The position numbers were made by a program, and so were the translations under genes. From Takakia lepidozioides (taxonomy: Eukaryota; Plantae; Bryophyta): a stretch of 64,000 nt of DNA. How positions within the stretch are numbered: the stretch's first letter is position 1; each line of letters starts with the position of its first letter. Below, one piece after another: positions 38,384 through 51,470 of this stretch. A model generated the notes under the pieces. That model saw nothing but the letters and a program-made list of their open reading frames with translations, had not been told where the DNA came from and made no database searches. The stretch is from contig CM060734.1 in NCBI GenBank assembly GCA_030704615.1, forward strand, positions 58,218,001-58,282,000, in the 5' to 3' direction.

Positions 38384-38449
38384 GGCCGGGTAGCTCAGTG
38401 GTAGAGCACCCCACCGGAATGGGGGAGGTTTCAATCCCTAGCCCGACCA
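38384..38449 (+). ncRNA. Second tRNA-derived LTR segment with a 6-bp T-arm deletion
   Basis: GGCCGGGTAGCTCAGTGGTAGAGC...TTCAATCCCTAGCCCGACCA; CCTAGG is missing relative to the other copy. Confidence 0.65.
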
Positions 38450-40882
38450 CACGCCAGCGGTTTTCTGACAGAGCATCCTTTATATGCTCCTGCAATTGGC
38501 ATACATATTGACAAGGCTATTCTCCAAACTACTGTATGACGTAACTCCAGCCTTCCTGATGCTGGCATGGACCTCTTTTCCCTTTCCCAGTGCTCCTAGG
38601 CTGGCACACATTAACAACAGAAACACATGACCTTGTCAGGCATTACCCCTTCCTGTTGCATTTGGTCATAAATTTTCAAAGCCTCCCTACCACACCCATG
38701 CTGAGCATATCCAATCAGTACACTCAATGAGACCACATTTCAATAGGCCCACATTGTCAAACACTTGCCGCGCATCTGTCATGCTCCCACATTTGGCACA
38801 CACATCAGCAAGGGCAGTCTCCAGCATAATATCTGGCACACGCCCAGCTTTGATTATGTCAATATTGATCTCTTTGCTCTTATCCAGGCTCCAAAAGCTG
38901 GCACAGGCACTCAGAATGCAAACGAATTGTGACCTTGCCAGGTCTCACCTCTTCCCATATCATCTGCTCATACATCTCGGCAACCTTGCTACCAAATCCC
39001 TGCTGAGCATATCCTCCCATCATGGAGTTCCATGAGATCACATCTCGTTGAGCCATATGGTCAAACACTCCATGTGCATCCTTATGCTACCACATTTTGC
39101 ACACATATTGCCAAAGGTGTTCTCCAAGCTTACATATAAGGGGAATTCCAGCTTTGACGAGGCCCAAATGGACCTCATTGCCCTTCTCCAGGGTTCCTGC
39201 CTGGCACATGCATTGAGTATGCAAATGAGTGTGATCCTGTTAGGTGTCACACCTTTCAGATGCATTTCCTCATAGATCTTAAAAGCCTCTCTACGACACC
39301 CTTGCTGGGCATACTGCAATCATTGCACTACAAGAGACAACATTTCTTTGAGCCATGTTGTCGAACTTGTGGCATGCATCCTCCATGCTCCAGAATTTGC
39401 CATACATATCGGCAAGGCAGTCTCCAGAGTGATATCTGGAGCAATTCCAGCTTTAATGATGTCAGCATGGACCCGTTTGCCCTTTTGAAGGGCTCCTAGG
39501 CTGCCACATGCAACCTTGAGAATTGAAATGAAGTTGACCCTATTGGGCATCACGCCTTCGTGCTCATAGATCTTGCAAGCCTCCCTACCACAGCCATTTC
39601 TCGTTCAGTAAACTTGTCAAACACTTCAAGCAAGCACCACACTTCCACACTTGGCATACATGTTGAGAAGGTTATTGAGTACAAAGATGTTTGGCCTGAA
39701 TCCACTCTAGTTAATGTGGGCGTGCACCTTCTTTCCCGCTGCCAGGATTTACAGATTGATGCACTCTTTCAGGAGACAGACATAAGTGTTGGAGTCAGCC
39801 GGATGACTTTTTGGTTCAAGACATGCAGCGCCTCTTTCAACCGTCCTGCCTTACATAGTGTGCTCACCTCCCGAAAAGAGGCAGAAAAGTTCGTGTTGAT
39901 TCCCTCTTTTTCAAAGGAAGTGGCGGTGGCAGAGGTGCTACCCCTTCCGCCACTCTGATGTCCAACATCACCCTGATTCAACCTTGCCATCCTGTACGAC
40001 TAAAAAACTCCACATTACCACACGGGATACTCAAAATCTTAGAAGGAAACAACTGTCATGTATAAGAACTCAAATCTGTAGCAATCTGAGTAAAAACCAT
40101 CAAGACACTACCTCTTGTGTTGCTCACTTGGAACTCCACTGTGTACATCGACATTCGCTCCGGCACTAGCTGGCTGTGCTTCACATTGTATGGCAGCTCG
40201 GTGCGCTTCCACCCAAGTAGGATTTGGCCCTCCCTCACTACAAAAGCCCCGGCTTATAAGCTTCCGCTACTTGAAGGCCAGCAGAAGGTAAGGACGCCGC
40301 CATCGCTACGCACGCGCGAAAGCCACAGAGACAAGAGTCAACTTTTGACTCTTGTCTCTCCTTCATTCATCCATGGGCATCCTGGCGGGATTTCACATTC
40401 ATTCATTATCCCTTTCCATTCATTACTTCTTATTATATGACAGTCTAATAATGAAGTTCACTTAGCGATAAATTTGACCAATAAGCTATTAATAGTGTGG
40501 TGTGAGCTGGCAGTGGCGGTAGGCAGCCGGGCGGGCCGGGTCAGTGAATCTCCGGGCCCCGCCAACCCTGCGCCAAGGAGCAAAGGCAGCGTCTTTCTTT
40601 CGTCTTGTGCAGAGCTTATAGCATGCCTCTCCCAAACATCCTCTCGAGGAACAGACACCGTGGGAACTGGAGCAGTGCCTGTGGATCTGCTGAGTCTGGC
40701 TGGCTGTTGCATCAGTTTGCTGAACAATGGTGTTGGGTTTGTGTCCTCAAGTGCTTCTCTTGAAGCTGCAGTTGTGAACAAACGGAGGTGTCTTGGCAGA
40801 GTGTCTTGGCTTTCGGAGTATGAGAGCAGGGGAAAAAGGGTGAGATTGGAATTGAGTCCAGAGGGATTGAATTGGGGGCAGA

Positions 40883-41881
40883 ATGGAAAAGGATCTGGAG
40901 GAGAGCAAGGAATGGAAGGGAGGAAAGAGAAGGGATGGTTTCTATCCGCTTCAGCCGCCCGCAGTGCCACCAGCAATTCGGAAAGAACACAAGTACATCT
41001 CGTGGCTAGTGCCAGGATTCGTGGTGGTTAATATCATCATCTTCATTGTTGTCATGTTTGAGAACAATTGCCCTAAGCATATCGACGCGAGTCACTCATG
41101 TGTGCTTGGATTTCTGGGAAGGTTTTCTTTTCAACCTTTCAGCGAGAATCCGTTGCTGGGCCCCTCGTCGGCCACTCTTTTGCGAATGGGAGGCTTGGAA
41201 ACAACTCGGGTTACACAACACGGACAAGGATGGCGACTAATGTCTTGTGTGTGGCTGCATGCTGGTGTAGTTCATCTCTTGGTCAACATGTTAGCTCTTG
41301 TCTTCATTGGTGTGCGTCTGGAGCGTGAATTTGGAGCTCCTAAAATCGCAGTAGTGTACCTTCTGGCTGGATTAGGCGGCAGCTTGCTATCCTCATTGTT
41401 CATTGTCAATGAGATTGCGGTTGGGGCTTCCGGAGCACTTTTTGGTCTCCTGGGAGCCACAGTCTCTGAGCTTCTTACCAACTGGACGATCTATGCAAGC
41501 AAATGTGCGGCCCTAACGACTCTTGTTCTACTTGTTGTCGTCAATCTAGGACTGGGATTGTTACCGCATGTTGACAACTTCGCACATATTGGTGGGTTTC
41601 TGGCTGGTTTCTTAGCAGGCTTTGTCCTTCTGATGCGCCCTCAGTACGGGTGGATTAGCCGGCGAGATCTTCCATCGGGGATGAATATCGGGTTGCCGGT
41701 GAGTTCGAAGTACAAAGTTTACCAAAAAGTGCTGTTGATATTGTCGGTCCTACTTTTGGTTGGTGGGTACACGGGAGCGTTCATAGCTCTTTACAAAGGT
41801 GTCGATGCCAACAAGAAATGCAAATGGTGCCACTACTTGAGCTGCATTCCAACATCAAGGTGGCATTGTGATGGTTACTAA
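40883..41881 (+). CDS. RBL: Rhomboid-like intramembrane serine protease (RBL1/2 type), single exon
   Basis: 332-aa ORF with ENPLLGPS, WRL..CVWLHAG..HL..NM, catalytic GASG and AHIGG, and C-terminal CKWCHYLSCIPTSRWHC. Confidence 0.95.
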   Translation: MEKDLEESKEWKGGKRRDGFYPLQPPAVPPAIRKEHKYISWLVPGFVVVNIIIFIVVMFENNCPKHIDASHSCVLGFLGRFSFQPFSENPLLGPSSATLLRMGGLETTRVTQHGQGWRLMSCVWLHAGVVHLLVNMLALVFIGVRLEREFGAPKIAVVYLLAGLGGSLLSSLFIVNEIAVGASGALFGLLGATVSELLTNWTIYASKCAALTTLVLLVVVNLGLGLLPHVDNFAHIGGFLAGFLAGFVLLMRPQYGWISRRDLPSGMNIGLPVSSKYKVYQKVLLILSVLLLVGGYTGAFIALYKGVDANKKCKWCHYLSCIPTSRWHCDGY

Positions 41882-43616
41882 ATGAGCAAGTGACAATAGT
41901 GGCCTCTTCGCGGGAGCTTGATGGAGGTGAGCATGCTCAAGTTCCGCTCTACAACCAGGACCCAGCGTCGAAGTTACTGTAATAATCGAGGAACAATTTC
42001 ATCTTAAGTATTTGCTGAGTTGTTTGTTGACCCACTCTTGTTCTTCAGGAAATCAACAAATAGATCCTGTACTTACGCTCACAAATGCAAAGAGACCCAA
42101 GCCAATTCTCCAGAGTTGCATTTACTTACTGGATTCTATTTTGAGAGTTTTTAGATTGTTTGATCTCGGAGAGCTCTCCAACGTGCAACATACAGCAAGT
42201 CACCCTTTTGCATAGAGATTTTCCAGTTTGAGTTTCGAACTCTCTAGCACCGTTTCTTTCAGTAAGTGCAACGACAGGTGGAGTGCCTGGACCACTCTTA
42301 AGGGATTGGGTTGGGTTGTGCTCCTTGTAGTAAAGGAGAAGTCTGTGTTGTGAAGAATTCATCTATCAAGCTACTCTCTCTCAGTTTCTGGTCAGTTAAC
42401 TTTTTTAGCTATTTGTCATTCATCTTGTGGTGATTTTCTTGGACATTTTGGAGTGGGGCTGACTTTCGAACCCCTGTTAATTAGAGCTTCAGTTTGTTGT
42501 TCCGCATCTTTCTCTGCAAACTGATGCAACTGCAGGCAACTTCCATGTGCTTTGCATTTGGCAGTTCAAGCTGCTCCATGCACATCTCCAGCTTGCAGAA
42601 GTTTGAAGGCCAGTGTGCAATTCACAATTTTTAAACCGTATTTCATCAGCTATCTTGAAGTTGATGGTTTGGGTTATGTACTTTTCAGCCCTTATTGCTT
42701 CAACAGTGACTGTTCCAGTGTTGTCGGTAATGAAGAGTAACGCATGTCTGTACATTTTCCTTCAGGATTCACAGCATGTTGTGGACTCAAGGAAATTTGA
42801 AGAACTGGGATTTAGCAGTTTTCAATTGAGATTGGCTGGTATTAGCATATGTTCCTCTCTTCATCTCTTTCAAATTCTAATTTACTTAAGTAATAGAAAG
42901 ACATGATACTAATCAAAGCCAGTACTGCCTGATGTGGGAGACAAGTGGTATGCAAAGTGCTACTTCAGGGTGTCCTCTTTACTGTACAGAGAGCATTCTT
43001 ATAAAGACATCATTTTGAACTGTGAGGCAGTCCATCAGATACCCTCTCAATACCTGATCTTAGTTTGGAAGAACGGAAAGCTTTAGGCCTGTCTGCTTCC
43101 CCAGGATTGTCCAAGATCCTGTAAGGCAAAATGCCAGTCGTCAGGAACAAACATACTGCTGGGGGGCTTGTCCTACAAGAGTTCACAGTAGATGGCCTCA
43201 AATTGAACGTACCAGTCAGATTCAAACATGCATCAGTATGCTAGGAAGGTCCACCAGGTTGGAGCTAAAGAAGTCACCTTCATGTACCCATACACGAGGC
43301 ACTTGGCTTGCAGGGTCCTCGCGGGTGCGACTACAAGAAAAATGTCCCAGCATGAAGGCCAGATGATGCCACCAACAAAGCAAAGTTTGTTCTATGTTAC
43401 AACCATAAGAGACTGATCAAAGAGTCCTGCACGACAGGAACAAAGTGCATTAACACACAACAATTAAATACTTTGTATGATTCTGACTACAGGCAAAACA
43501 CCCTGAGTTTGGTCAGTACCGAGAATGAAAGCAGAAAGAGGAGAGATTTGTGAAAAAACCAGGTCAAGCAGCATACATACGTAATTTAATACATACTTGG
43601 AAATGAAGCGAGGTTC

Positions 43617-46600
43617 TCAAGATTGGACAGCTTCGACATCCCTGAGATACTTGATCACCTGAAGCATGGTGGGACGCCTGACAGGATCTTCTGCTGTACA
43701 CAGATTGGCAATGTGGAGTACTTTGAGCATCTTGATCTTCCATGGTCCATTGGAAACAATAGGATCAAGTGCCTCTGGAGCATCTCCTTCATTTATCATA
43801 TGGCGCACCCAACCCACCAGATTGCCGCCCTCAATGTCCTTGAAGTCTGCCCCTGTCGGCTCCTTACCAGTGAGTAGCTCTAGCAGGATCACACCATAGC
43901 TGTACACATCCCCTCGAGTAGTTGCTCGCCAACTCTGCCCGTACTCGGGAGGAATATATCCAAAGGTACCAGCAATGTCGGTGCTCACATGGGTCTCATA
44001 CGCACTGATCAAGCGGGCGAGACCAAAATCTGCCACTCTGGGTTCAAAGTCGGCATCCAAGAGGATGTTGCTCGCTTTCATGTCCCGGTGAATGATGTGG
44101 GGAAAGAAACCATGGTGAAGGAAAGCAAGCCCTTGAGCAGAGCCCATAGCAATTTTAAAGCGCTTGCTCCAGTCCAGAACCTCAACGGCATCGGCCCGGT
44201 TGCATAGCCATAAATCAAGGCTGCCATTGACCATGTACTCATACACTAGCAGCTTTTCCTCCCCAAACGAGCAATATCCCAGCAAAGGCACTAAATTTGG
44301 GTGCTTCACCTTTCCCAGGGTCTCCATCTCTGCAAGGAACTCTCGATTGCCCTGTGTTCGGGCCTGCCCAAGCTTCTTGATAGCCACTGTTCTTCCATCC
44401 GGGAGCACAGCCTTGTAGACTGTGCCAAATCCTCCATCTCCAATAATGTTGGTTTTGCAGAAGTTGTTGGTAGCTTGCAAGATATCTGCAAGAGTTAACC
44501 GCAGCAATGGCCTCTCGAACATTGCCACATTGATGCTCAATGGTTCTTTCTCCATCTTTGCACTCAGGCACGACCCAGGCTCCAGCACCATGTTGAGCCT
44601 CATCTTTTCAGCATCCCTTGAGATTGCATCTTTCCTCAACATCTGCCATCGCAGTACCACAAATACTACGCTGAGAAAAGCAATTGTGCTGCCAATTGTA
44701 ATACCCAAGATCGCCCCAGTGCTCACGGGTGGGTACGACTGCGAAGTGCCCTCCTGGCGACAGGCAGTTTGCAAGCTGCTGCCACATAGACTTGGATTGG
44801 CAAGGAACGACGAAACATTGAATTTCTTGCAAAAGCCATCGTTAGGTATCCTCCCTTCTATTGCATTGTAGGAGACATTCAGAAATGTGAGATCCATCAA
44901 GTTGCAGAGACCCTGAGGAAAAGTTCCAGTGAGGCGATTTTCTGAAAGATCCAGATATATGAGCTGGGCAAGGTCACCCAGGTCACCAGGGACAGCACCT
45001 GTGAATTGATTGCTGTGCAAGTCCAGGTAAGACAGACCTGACAAGTTGCCAATCGTGTTTGGAATGGCACCAGAGAGATTGTTTTGACTCAAATGGAGTG
45101 TCTGCATTTGAAGCCAAATTGTGCTTTCAGACAAAAGTGCAGTTATGCTTCCCTCCAGCTGGTTGTTCTGCAAGTTCAAGCTCACAACTGACACGAGATT
45201 CGCAAAAGAGGCAGGAATCGCACCACTGAGATGGTTGCAACTAACATCCAAGTGAGACAGGCCCGTCAGGTTACCAATACTATCAGGAATAGAGCCTGAA
45301 AGCTGGTTGCCGGTGAGATTGAGCTGTGCCAAGCTAGCAATGTTGCCCAACTCTGGGGGAATCTCACCTGTGAAGTTGTTGAAGGCCAGGTTGAGCCCCT
45401 GTAACTTGTGGGACTCCCCAAGCTGGGCAGGAATCGCCCCAGCAAGGGAATTGCAGGATAAGTCGAGTACGGTCAAATTTGTGAGCCTGGTGAGCTCTGG
45501 GGGAATAATACCTGTCAGCTGATTGCCAGCCAACAGCAGCTCCACAAGCACAGAACAGTCGCCCATTTCAGGTGGAATTTCACCAAAAAGGTTATTCCAG
45601 GAAAGATCCAGTGTCCCATGATGTTGCACAAAACTTGATTCCGGCATAGCAATTACTTGAAAATCCGCACAAATCTCACTGGGAATTCGCCCTGTGAGAC
45701 GGTTGTGCGAGAGCACTAGGCAGTCCAAATTGATGAGCTCCCCTATCTGGTGCGGTATTGGTCCTGTGAGCATGTTGTTCCCCAGATTGAGGTTGGTAAG
45801 GAGGACACAGTTGCACAATTCCACAGGTATAACCCCATTCAAGCTGTTGCCTTGCACAGAGAACACTGTCAAATTCAAAAGCTTCCCTACTTCTGCGGGG
45901 ATGGGTCCCTCCATCTTGTTGTTGTCTAGCACTAAGTGCTGTAGGGTGGAGAGGTTCCCCACAGAAGGGGACAGATTTCCAGTCAGATAATTGGCATCCA
46001 ACTGGATCTCCAGTAAGGTCTTCGAGCTCCAAAGAGAATCTGGCAGACTGCCAGAAAAGTTGTTCCCACCCATCGATATAATCAAGAGCCCTGGAAGCTC
46101 AGACAGGTAGGAAGGGATGGGGCCTGACAGCTGGTTGGACGTCACATCAATCTGCGTCAAATTTGTGCACCGTTGAAAGGCATCAGAGATGTTCCCTGTG
46201 AGTTTGTTTTTGTTGAGTGTCAAAGTATCCAAAGAGCTGGCATTGCAGAGCTCTGGCGGAATTGTTCCTGATAGCATGTTGTTGTCGAGAGCAAGGTCTT
46301 TCAGCTGGGGGCAATTACCAAGCTCCCGAGGTATGTTGCCAGTGAACTGATTGCTAGAAAGGAGTAGACTAGATATGCTCCGCCAGCTGCCAAACCAAGA
46401 CGGAACCGAACCTGATAGCATATTGCCCTCCACTGAGAAAGAAATGACGTTCACAAGAGCAGCCAGCTCGTCTGGAATCCCACCACTCAGGGAATTGAAT
46501 GCAAGATCAAGTACCTGGTTTCGGACACAGCTATATTATCAGTCCAGGGACAATGTCATAAGTCAGCTTGCTCTCACTTGAGGATTCTCTTCAGATCACA

Positions 46601-48167
46601 TGCTCAGGACTTAGATTGCAAAGACTTGGCTACTGTCTCACCTAGACATCTCTCTCTCAGGCTCCCATGTCACTTTCACCACCAATGTAAATGCCTCAAT
46701 GGCATGCATGTGACAGGTAGTTGAAAGAAGCCGAACTTAAGTATGCCAAACCAAACAAGGAGTTTGTTCACAGATAAACTCGAAGAAGGTTCCCACATTA
46801 TCTGCATGAACTCTAATATCATCAACAATATCTGACGGTTTTCAATCCTTTTTAATTTCAATCATGTACAAATAGCTTAGTGTCATTCTATCCATGAAGG
46901 ATGGTAATGGACTCAACACTGACATGCACAATGTCACAATCCCATGCTAAAGCAAACAACTTTTGAAGGGATATTCATGTCATGTCCAGAAAGGGTTCGT
47001 TGTTTAATAAGAAAAACTCACCTGAAGGCTGCTGCAGTTCCCAAGAGAAGGAGGGATGGAGCTATTGACTTGCATGCCTGGCAGATTCAGAGTTGTCAAG
47101 TTTGTCATATGCTCAAATGCATCTGGTATTGGGCCCGTGAAAGAGTTGCTGCTGAGATCAAGATTCTGCAAGCTGCTGCATCTGGATAGCTCTGGAGGAA
47201 TGATGCCTGTCAGATGGCTATTTGCAAGATACAGTTTTTGCAGATTGACTAGATTTCCCACCTCCTTAGGAAGGCTCCCTCTCAATGGATTGTCCCCAAG
47301 ATCCAGCTCCTTCAATGATGTCATGCCCCAGACTACCTGGGGTATGCCACCTGAAAGAGAGTTGTTGCTGAAATCCAGGTACTCCAAGCTGGACAGATTT
47401 GGAAGCAGAGGGATAAGGCCCGAGAGGAAGTTTCCACTCAAGTCAATGTGTTGGAGCTTCGTCATCGCCACAAACTGTGGTATATCCTGAGAAAGAGAGT
47501 TGCTGCTCAGATCAAGGTACTGCATGTTCACCAGACCTCCCAGCTGCAGAGGGACTACACCAGATAGAGAGTTTGTATTAAGATCAAGCTTTGATAGAGT
47601 GACAAGACTTCCAATCTGAGGAGGGATTGATCCTGAGAAAGAGTTGCTACCCAATATCAATGTCTGCAAGTTGACAAGCTGACCCAGCTCAGCAGGAAGG
47701 CTGCCGGAAAGGACATTGTAGCTCAAATCCAGATATTGCAGTTTAGGAAGGCTGAAAAGCGGTAGAGGTACAGAGCCTGACAAGAGATAGTTGGAGTTCA
47801 GATCAAGATATTGCAAGTTTAAAAGATTTCCAAGCTGGGCAGGGATGTTTCCGGACAAAGAGTTGCCACTGAGATCCAGATGTTGCAACGATCTCAAACT
47901 TCCAAGCTCAGGAGCTATGGTGCCTGAGATGCCCACTTGACTGAGGGAGAGCTGAGTCACTTGATTAAGCACATTGCATGTGACGCCTGTCCAGTTGCAG
48001 GGCGAAGCAGCACCCTCCGACCAATCGGGAATTGGGTCTCCCTGGCTTAGCCCTTTAAGAGTTCTCTTGAAAGCCAAGAGGCCAGATATATCTGAAATCT
48101 GGCCATGCACACACCAAAACTCTCCACACAGTATCAATAGTACCAGAACCAGCACCGGAGGACCCAT
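43617..48167 (-). CDS. EMS1: LRR receptor-like kinase EMS1/EXS (LRR-X), two exons, ~1347 aa
   Basis: Signal peptide, LRRNT, many LRRs, island domain CADFQVIAMPESSFVQHHG, TM, KEPLSINVAMFERPLLRLTLADIL and an intact kinase. Phase-0 intron 46515-47021 joins ORF 47004..48167 to ORF 43617..46454. Confidence 0.93.
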
Positions 48168-49129
48168 GGCTGGACAGAACGCTCACAGTTGCTTCTTCAG
48201 GGCGGCTGTCATCATGAATATTCCTGAGTCAAAGCTGCGATGACTCCTTTGTAGGGGGTTGACTGCTTCCATATATGTCCTCAATGCAAGATTGCAGCAT
48301 CCATTTGGAAGCCATATGCGGAAGTAATTCCAGTAATCGTCGAAGTCTCGTCTGATTCTGAGTGACAGTCAACAGAATAAGAACTCCATGCCGGCAGACT
48401 CATGACTGCGACTTTAGAATTCTGCACACATCGGCCGATCCAACCAAAAAAAAGTTCGCACTCAGCTCACCACACATCTAGATCTCACTGTACCTTACCC
48501 ATATACATAAGTTTTTGTCTAACATATCGCTTTTAGATATAGCGCTAAATCCTAGTCTCAGCTCGGGCACCTTACGTGAATGTCCTCAATGAAAGAAACC
48601 CAGTGACAATCAACAGAAGTGGCGAAGACCCGGCAGCAGAGAAAAAATAGTAAAAGAAAGTCCAAGGAATTATTTTCGGAGGTTGGTAGTTCTTTGCGAT
48701 GATAGCGATGGCCCGGGTTAGGAAACTTGGCCCAAGGATTTACGTTCCGGCGCAGGAAGAGGTATCGTGACTATCGTGCACGTGAGGATAGCGGTCTGAG
48801 GAAGTCAGGTACTCGTTGAAAACAGACCGCCGACACCACCGCCTGTGTCTTCTTGCACAAGCAGATCTCCAAACGTGCTTCTTTAAACTGGACAGTGACG
48901 AGTGGAAGTGCGCCAAATTGAGGTAAAGGCTGGTCCATTGCATCATAGACTAGTGAAGAGAGGGTTTAAATTAGTACCAGCTCTGGACATTCAAGCTTTG
49001 GACCTTGACATATCACTATACGCTTTACACCCCCCCACACACACTTCGTCTGACTGGATTCTGGGCTTACATTTGGGTACCTACCTGTTAAAGCCCCCCA
49101 CCTCTTTTCCATTGGGCATACCGGAAGGT

Positions 49130-49950
49130 ATGACCTGCAGTCAGTGCCTTGACATCACTATCCAGTGCCGTGAAAGGAAACAAAGTGCTGCCGCGCATGT
49201 TCTGGAGCAATAAGGCCAGAACTAGACCGACTGCGTGAATGTGCTACTATTACTCTCACAAAGGTGGCGGACGCTACCATCACAACACTGTTCCGTTACC
49301 CAACAATGTTCCCTACTCTTAGCCTCGAGTCCCTCAGCTACAGCAAGTACACTTATAACTACATTGCTCGCGACTTCGATCTGCAAGCGTGATGATCCTC
49401 CATCCCGACATGCATGAGCACTGCCAACTCTTGATTTCAAGCTCTGAAATTCTCTACAAAAGATGGATCCCCAACTGGCATGGAGCAGCAGGTGAATGTA
49501 AAGCGGTCACTCACCTCAGCAAGTTCGCCTCCACGGTCAATCTCCTCCCACCTTCTCAACAGCAGCGTTGTCGAAGCAGCATATTTCCCAGTCGTGAACC
49601 ACACAAGGACACTGATGGATAGAGGTACTTGAGATCACTCCAGCTCCTCATAACCGAAGCTTCCTGCACCAGGACCCACAGCTACGAGCCCTCCCTTCAC
49701 CTCCTGCTCATCAAAAAGCAAGCTCTGGCTATGGCAGACGGCCATCAAGCACAGCGTATCTCTTGCCTGCAAACAAAACCCCTCCAAAGACTCTGAGAGA
49801 GCTCCAGCCACCATAGCCGCTGCAGCTGGCCTTGAATTCCACACGCTCGAAAACCATATGGATGAGAAAATTACCCCTGATGGATGACTATCTGTCCTCA
49901 TCCGCCACCTTTCCACGATCATCCAGTACCTTCCCACAATTATAGTGCAA
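49130..49950 (+). mobile_element. Possible highly decayed LINE 3' remnant
   Basis: C/A-rich, coding-like sequence with broken frames and no intact motif; weak support. Confidence 0.3.
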
Positions 49951-51310
49951 CTCGTCATATGTGCCTACGTAGATATATATGTACAGACTCCAGTCTGGAA
50001 TACATGTATTATTTCGTGTAAATACTCGTATTTAAAAATATTAATGGTTTTTTCTTTGTATTCTCTGAGTCCTCGCATTAACTTCTGCATAACTTGGAAA
50101 ATTCAGGTTATACACATACATATAGTTAGAAACTATATATATATTATTATTATTATTTAATATTTAAATACACCTGCTATTTGTACTATTCGGTTGAACA
50201 TGTCTGACCGCGAATCTGCTGCAGAGATTTGCCCCCAACTTTTTGCGCAGTCGAGAGGATGAAGATGAACAATGATGAGGATGAATAATGATGAGGATAA
50301 ACAGCGAAGAGGATGAATAATGATGAGGATGACAGAAACCTGACCGGCCCTTTGGACGGAGGCTAACGGCCAATTTACAGTTTTGACCCCAGGTAGTTTT
50401 CACCCAATGTAATATGCTGACCACGGATCCCTCTTAACCCTTGTCGGGTTACTGGGTGGTGGGCGAAATCATTATTCAATCCGATCCTACCAAGACAATG
50501 CCTCCAGTCAATGAAGCTCATCCTCCCTCAACTGTCATCCATCCAGCGAACGTGGTTTACAAGCTAGATCATCCACGGGACTGATCTACTACATCCAGAC
50601 CAGATGAACAGAGATTCGGCAGAGATTTAGCGTCCGTCTGCACATCCCAAGACAAAGCTCCACGCAAATCCAATTCGTCCAAGTGTGCAACGTACAAGTC
50701 ACGTGACACGAAAAATTGTCAGCGTCTCGCCCGTCGATTGAAAAGATCGCACGGTGGTTGTATGCTGTAGTACACGCTATTTAAGTACCGCCGCAGCTTT
50801 GACCAGCCACAGTAACTCTGACCGTTGACTGCCAGTTCCATCAGGACAAACCGGCCGTAGCCAGTTCTTCCCGGGCACACAGCCGTCGATATCTCCCACA
50901 TGTGGACAGGATTGCAGGAACTCGATTCCCGGGGCCCTGGATATCCGGTATTTACTAGGCTATGATAGTCTTACGATTGACGGACCCTACACAACGCATC
51001 AATTGCATGCGCGTTACAGACCTACGCTCTCGCATCGTATCATACCGTACGGTCAATATACCTATCATGTATGTGTATTCGAGTTCAAACCCTGTAGGCT
51101 GTGGAAGGGGTACTTTTACATCCGTAGGACGGTCAAAGTGAGTGACAGGCTTTGAGAGGGCAAAGCATTCAAGTGAATTGAAGAGTGAGTGTAAGAGGCA
51201 GTGATGATGCAGGAGCTTTATGCTGCCTGTGACCCCAGGGCCCAATTAGTATATCCTGCATGATCCTGTTTTTTTTCCTTTTTTCTGAGCTGAATAAGTT
51301 GACAACCAGC

Positions 51311-51470
51311 ATGTAGCCCAGTGGTAATGGGCACATACCACGTTGGATGTGGTTGTGGGTTCAAACCACCGTCTGGTGTGTCATGAAGGTGTCCGTCCAC
51401 CTTCCTATAAGCGGTAAGAAATAAAAAAGAGTTGGACTAATAAATAAATTAAAAATAAATAAATAAAAGT
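51311..51470 (+). mobile_element. tRNA-derived SINE-like element
   Basis: A box TAGCCCAGTGG (51314), B box GGTTCAAACC (51358) and an (AAAT)-rich tail. The head resembles the element at 60958-61245. Confidence 0.55.

Larger units (their letters stand above)
37209..38470. mobile_element. Composite LTR-retroelement insertion with inverted tRNA-bearing LTRs and copia pol fragments
   Basis: TG...CA ends; 5-bp TSD GAGCA at 37204-37208 and 38471-38475; LTR copies 37209-37353 (-) and 38332-38470 (+); PPT 37354-37362; PBS 37417-37429; copia integrase/RT peptides inside. Confidence 0.85.
34439..39990 (-). pseudogene. PLS-class PPR-E-DYW pseudogene, fragmented, rearranged and interrupted by insertions
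   Basis: N-terminus LCKAGRLKEAL (about 39850), repeats such as RDVISWNSMMGGYAQQG, E-domain WGALLGAYRIHGNVD (about 34530) and DYW end VRDANRNHHFQGGVCSCGDYW* (35317). Many frameshifts and stops. Confidence 0.88.

Noticed and set aside
37230-38449. Two functional tRNA genes
   Set aside because: Irregular anticodon arm, acceptor-stem mismatches, a T-arm deletion in one copy, and both lie inside LTRs.
40458-41031. Overlapping 172-aa and 185-aa ORFs upstream of the rhomboid gene
   Set aside because: Low-complexity translations without a true ATG context; probably 5' UTR or antisense shadows.
43623-48243. Multiple plus-strand ORFs over EMS1 (and similar ones over WAK, MSL and RIC1)
   Set aside because: Antisense shadows of real coding exons.
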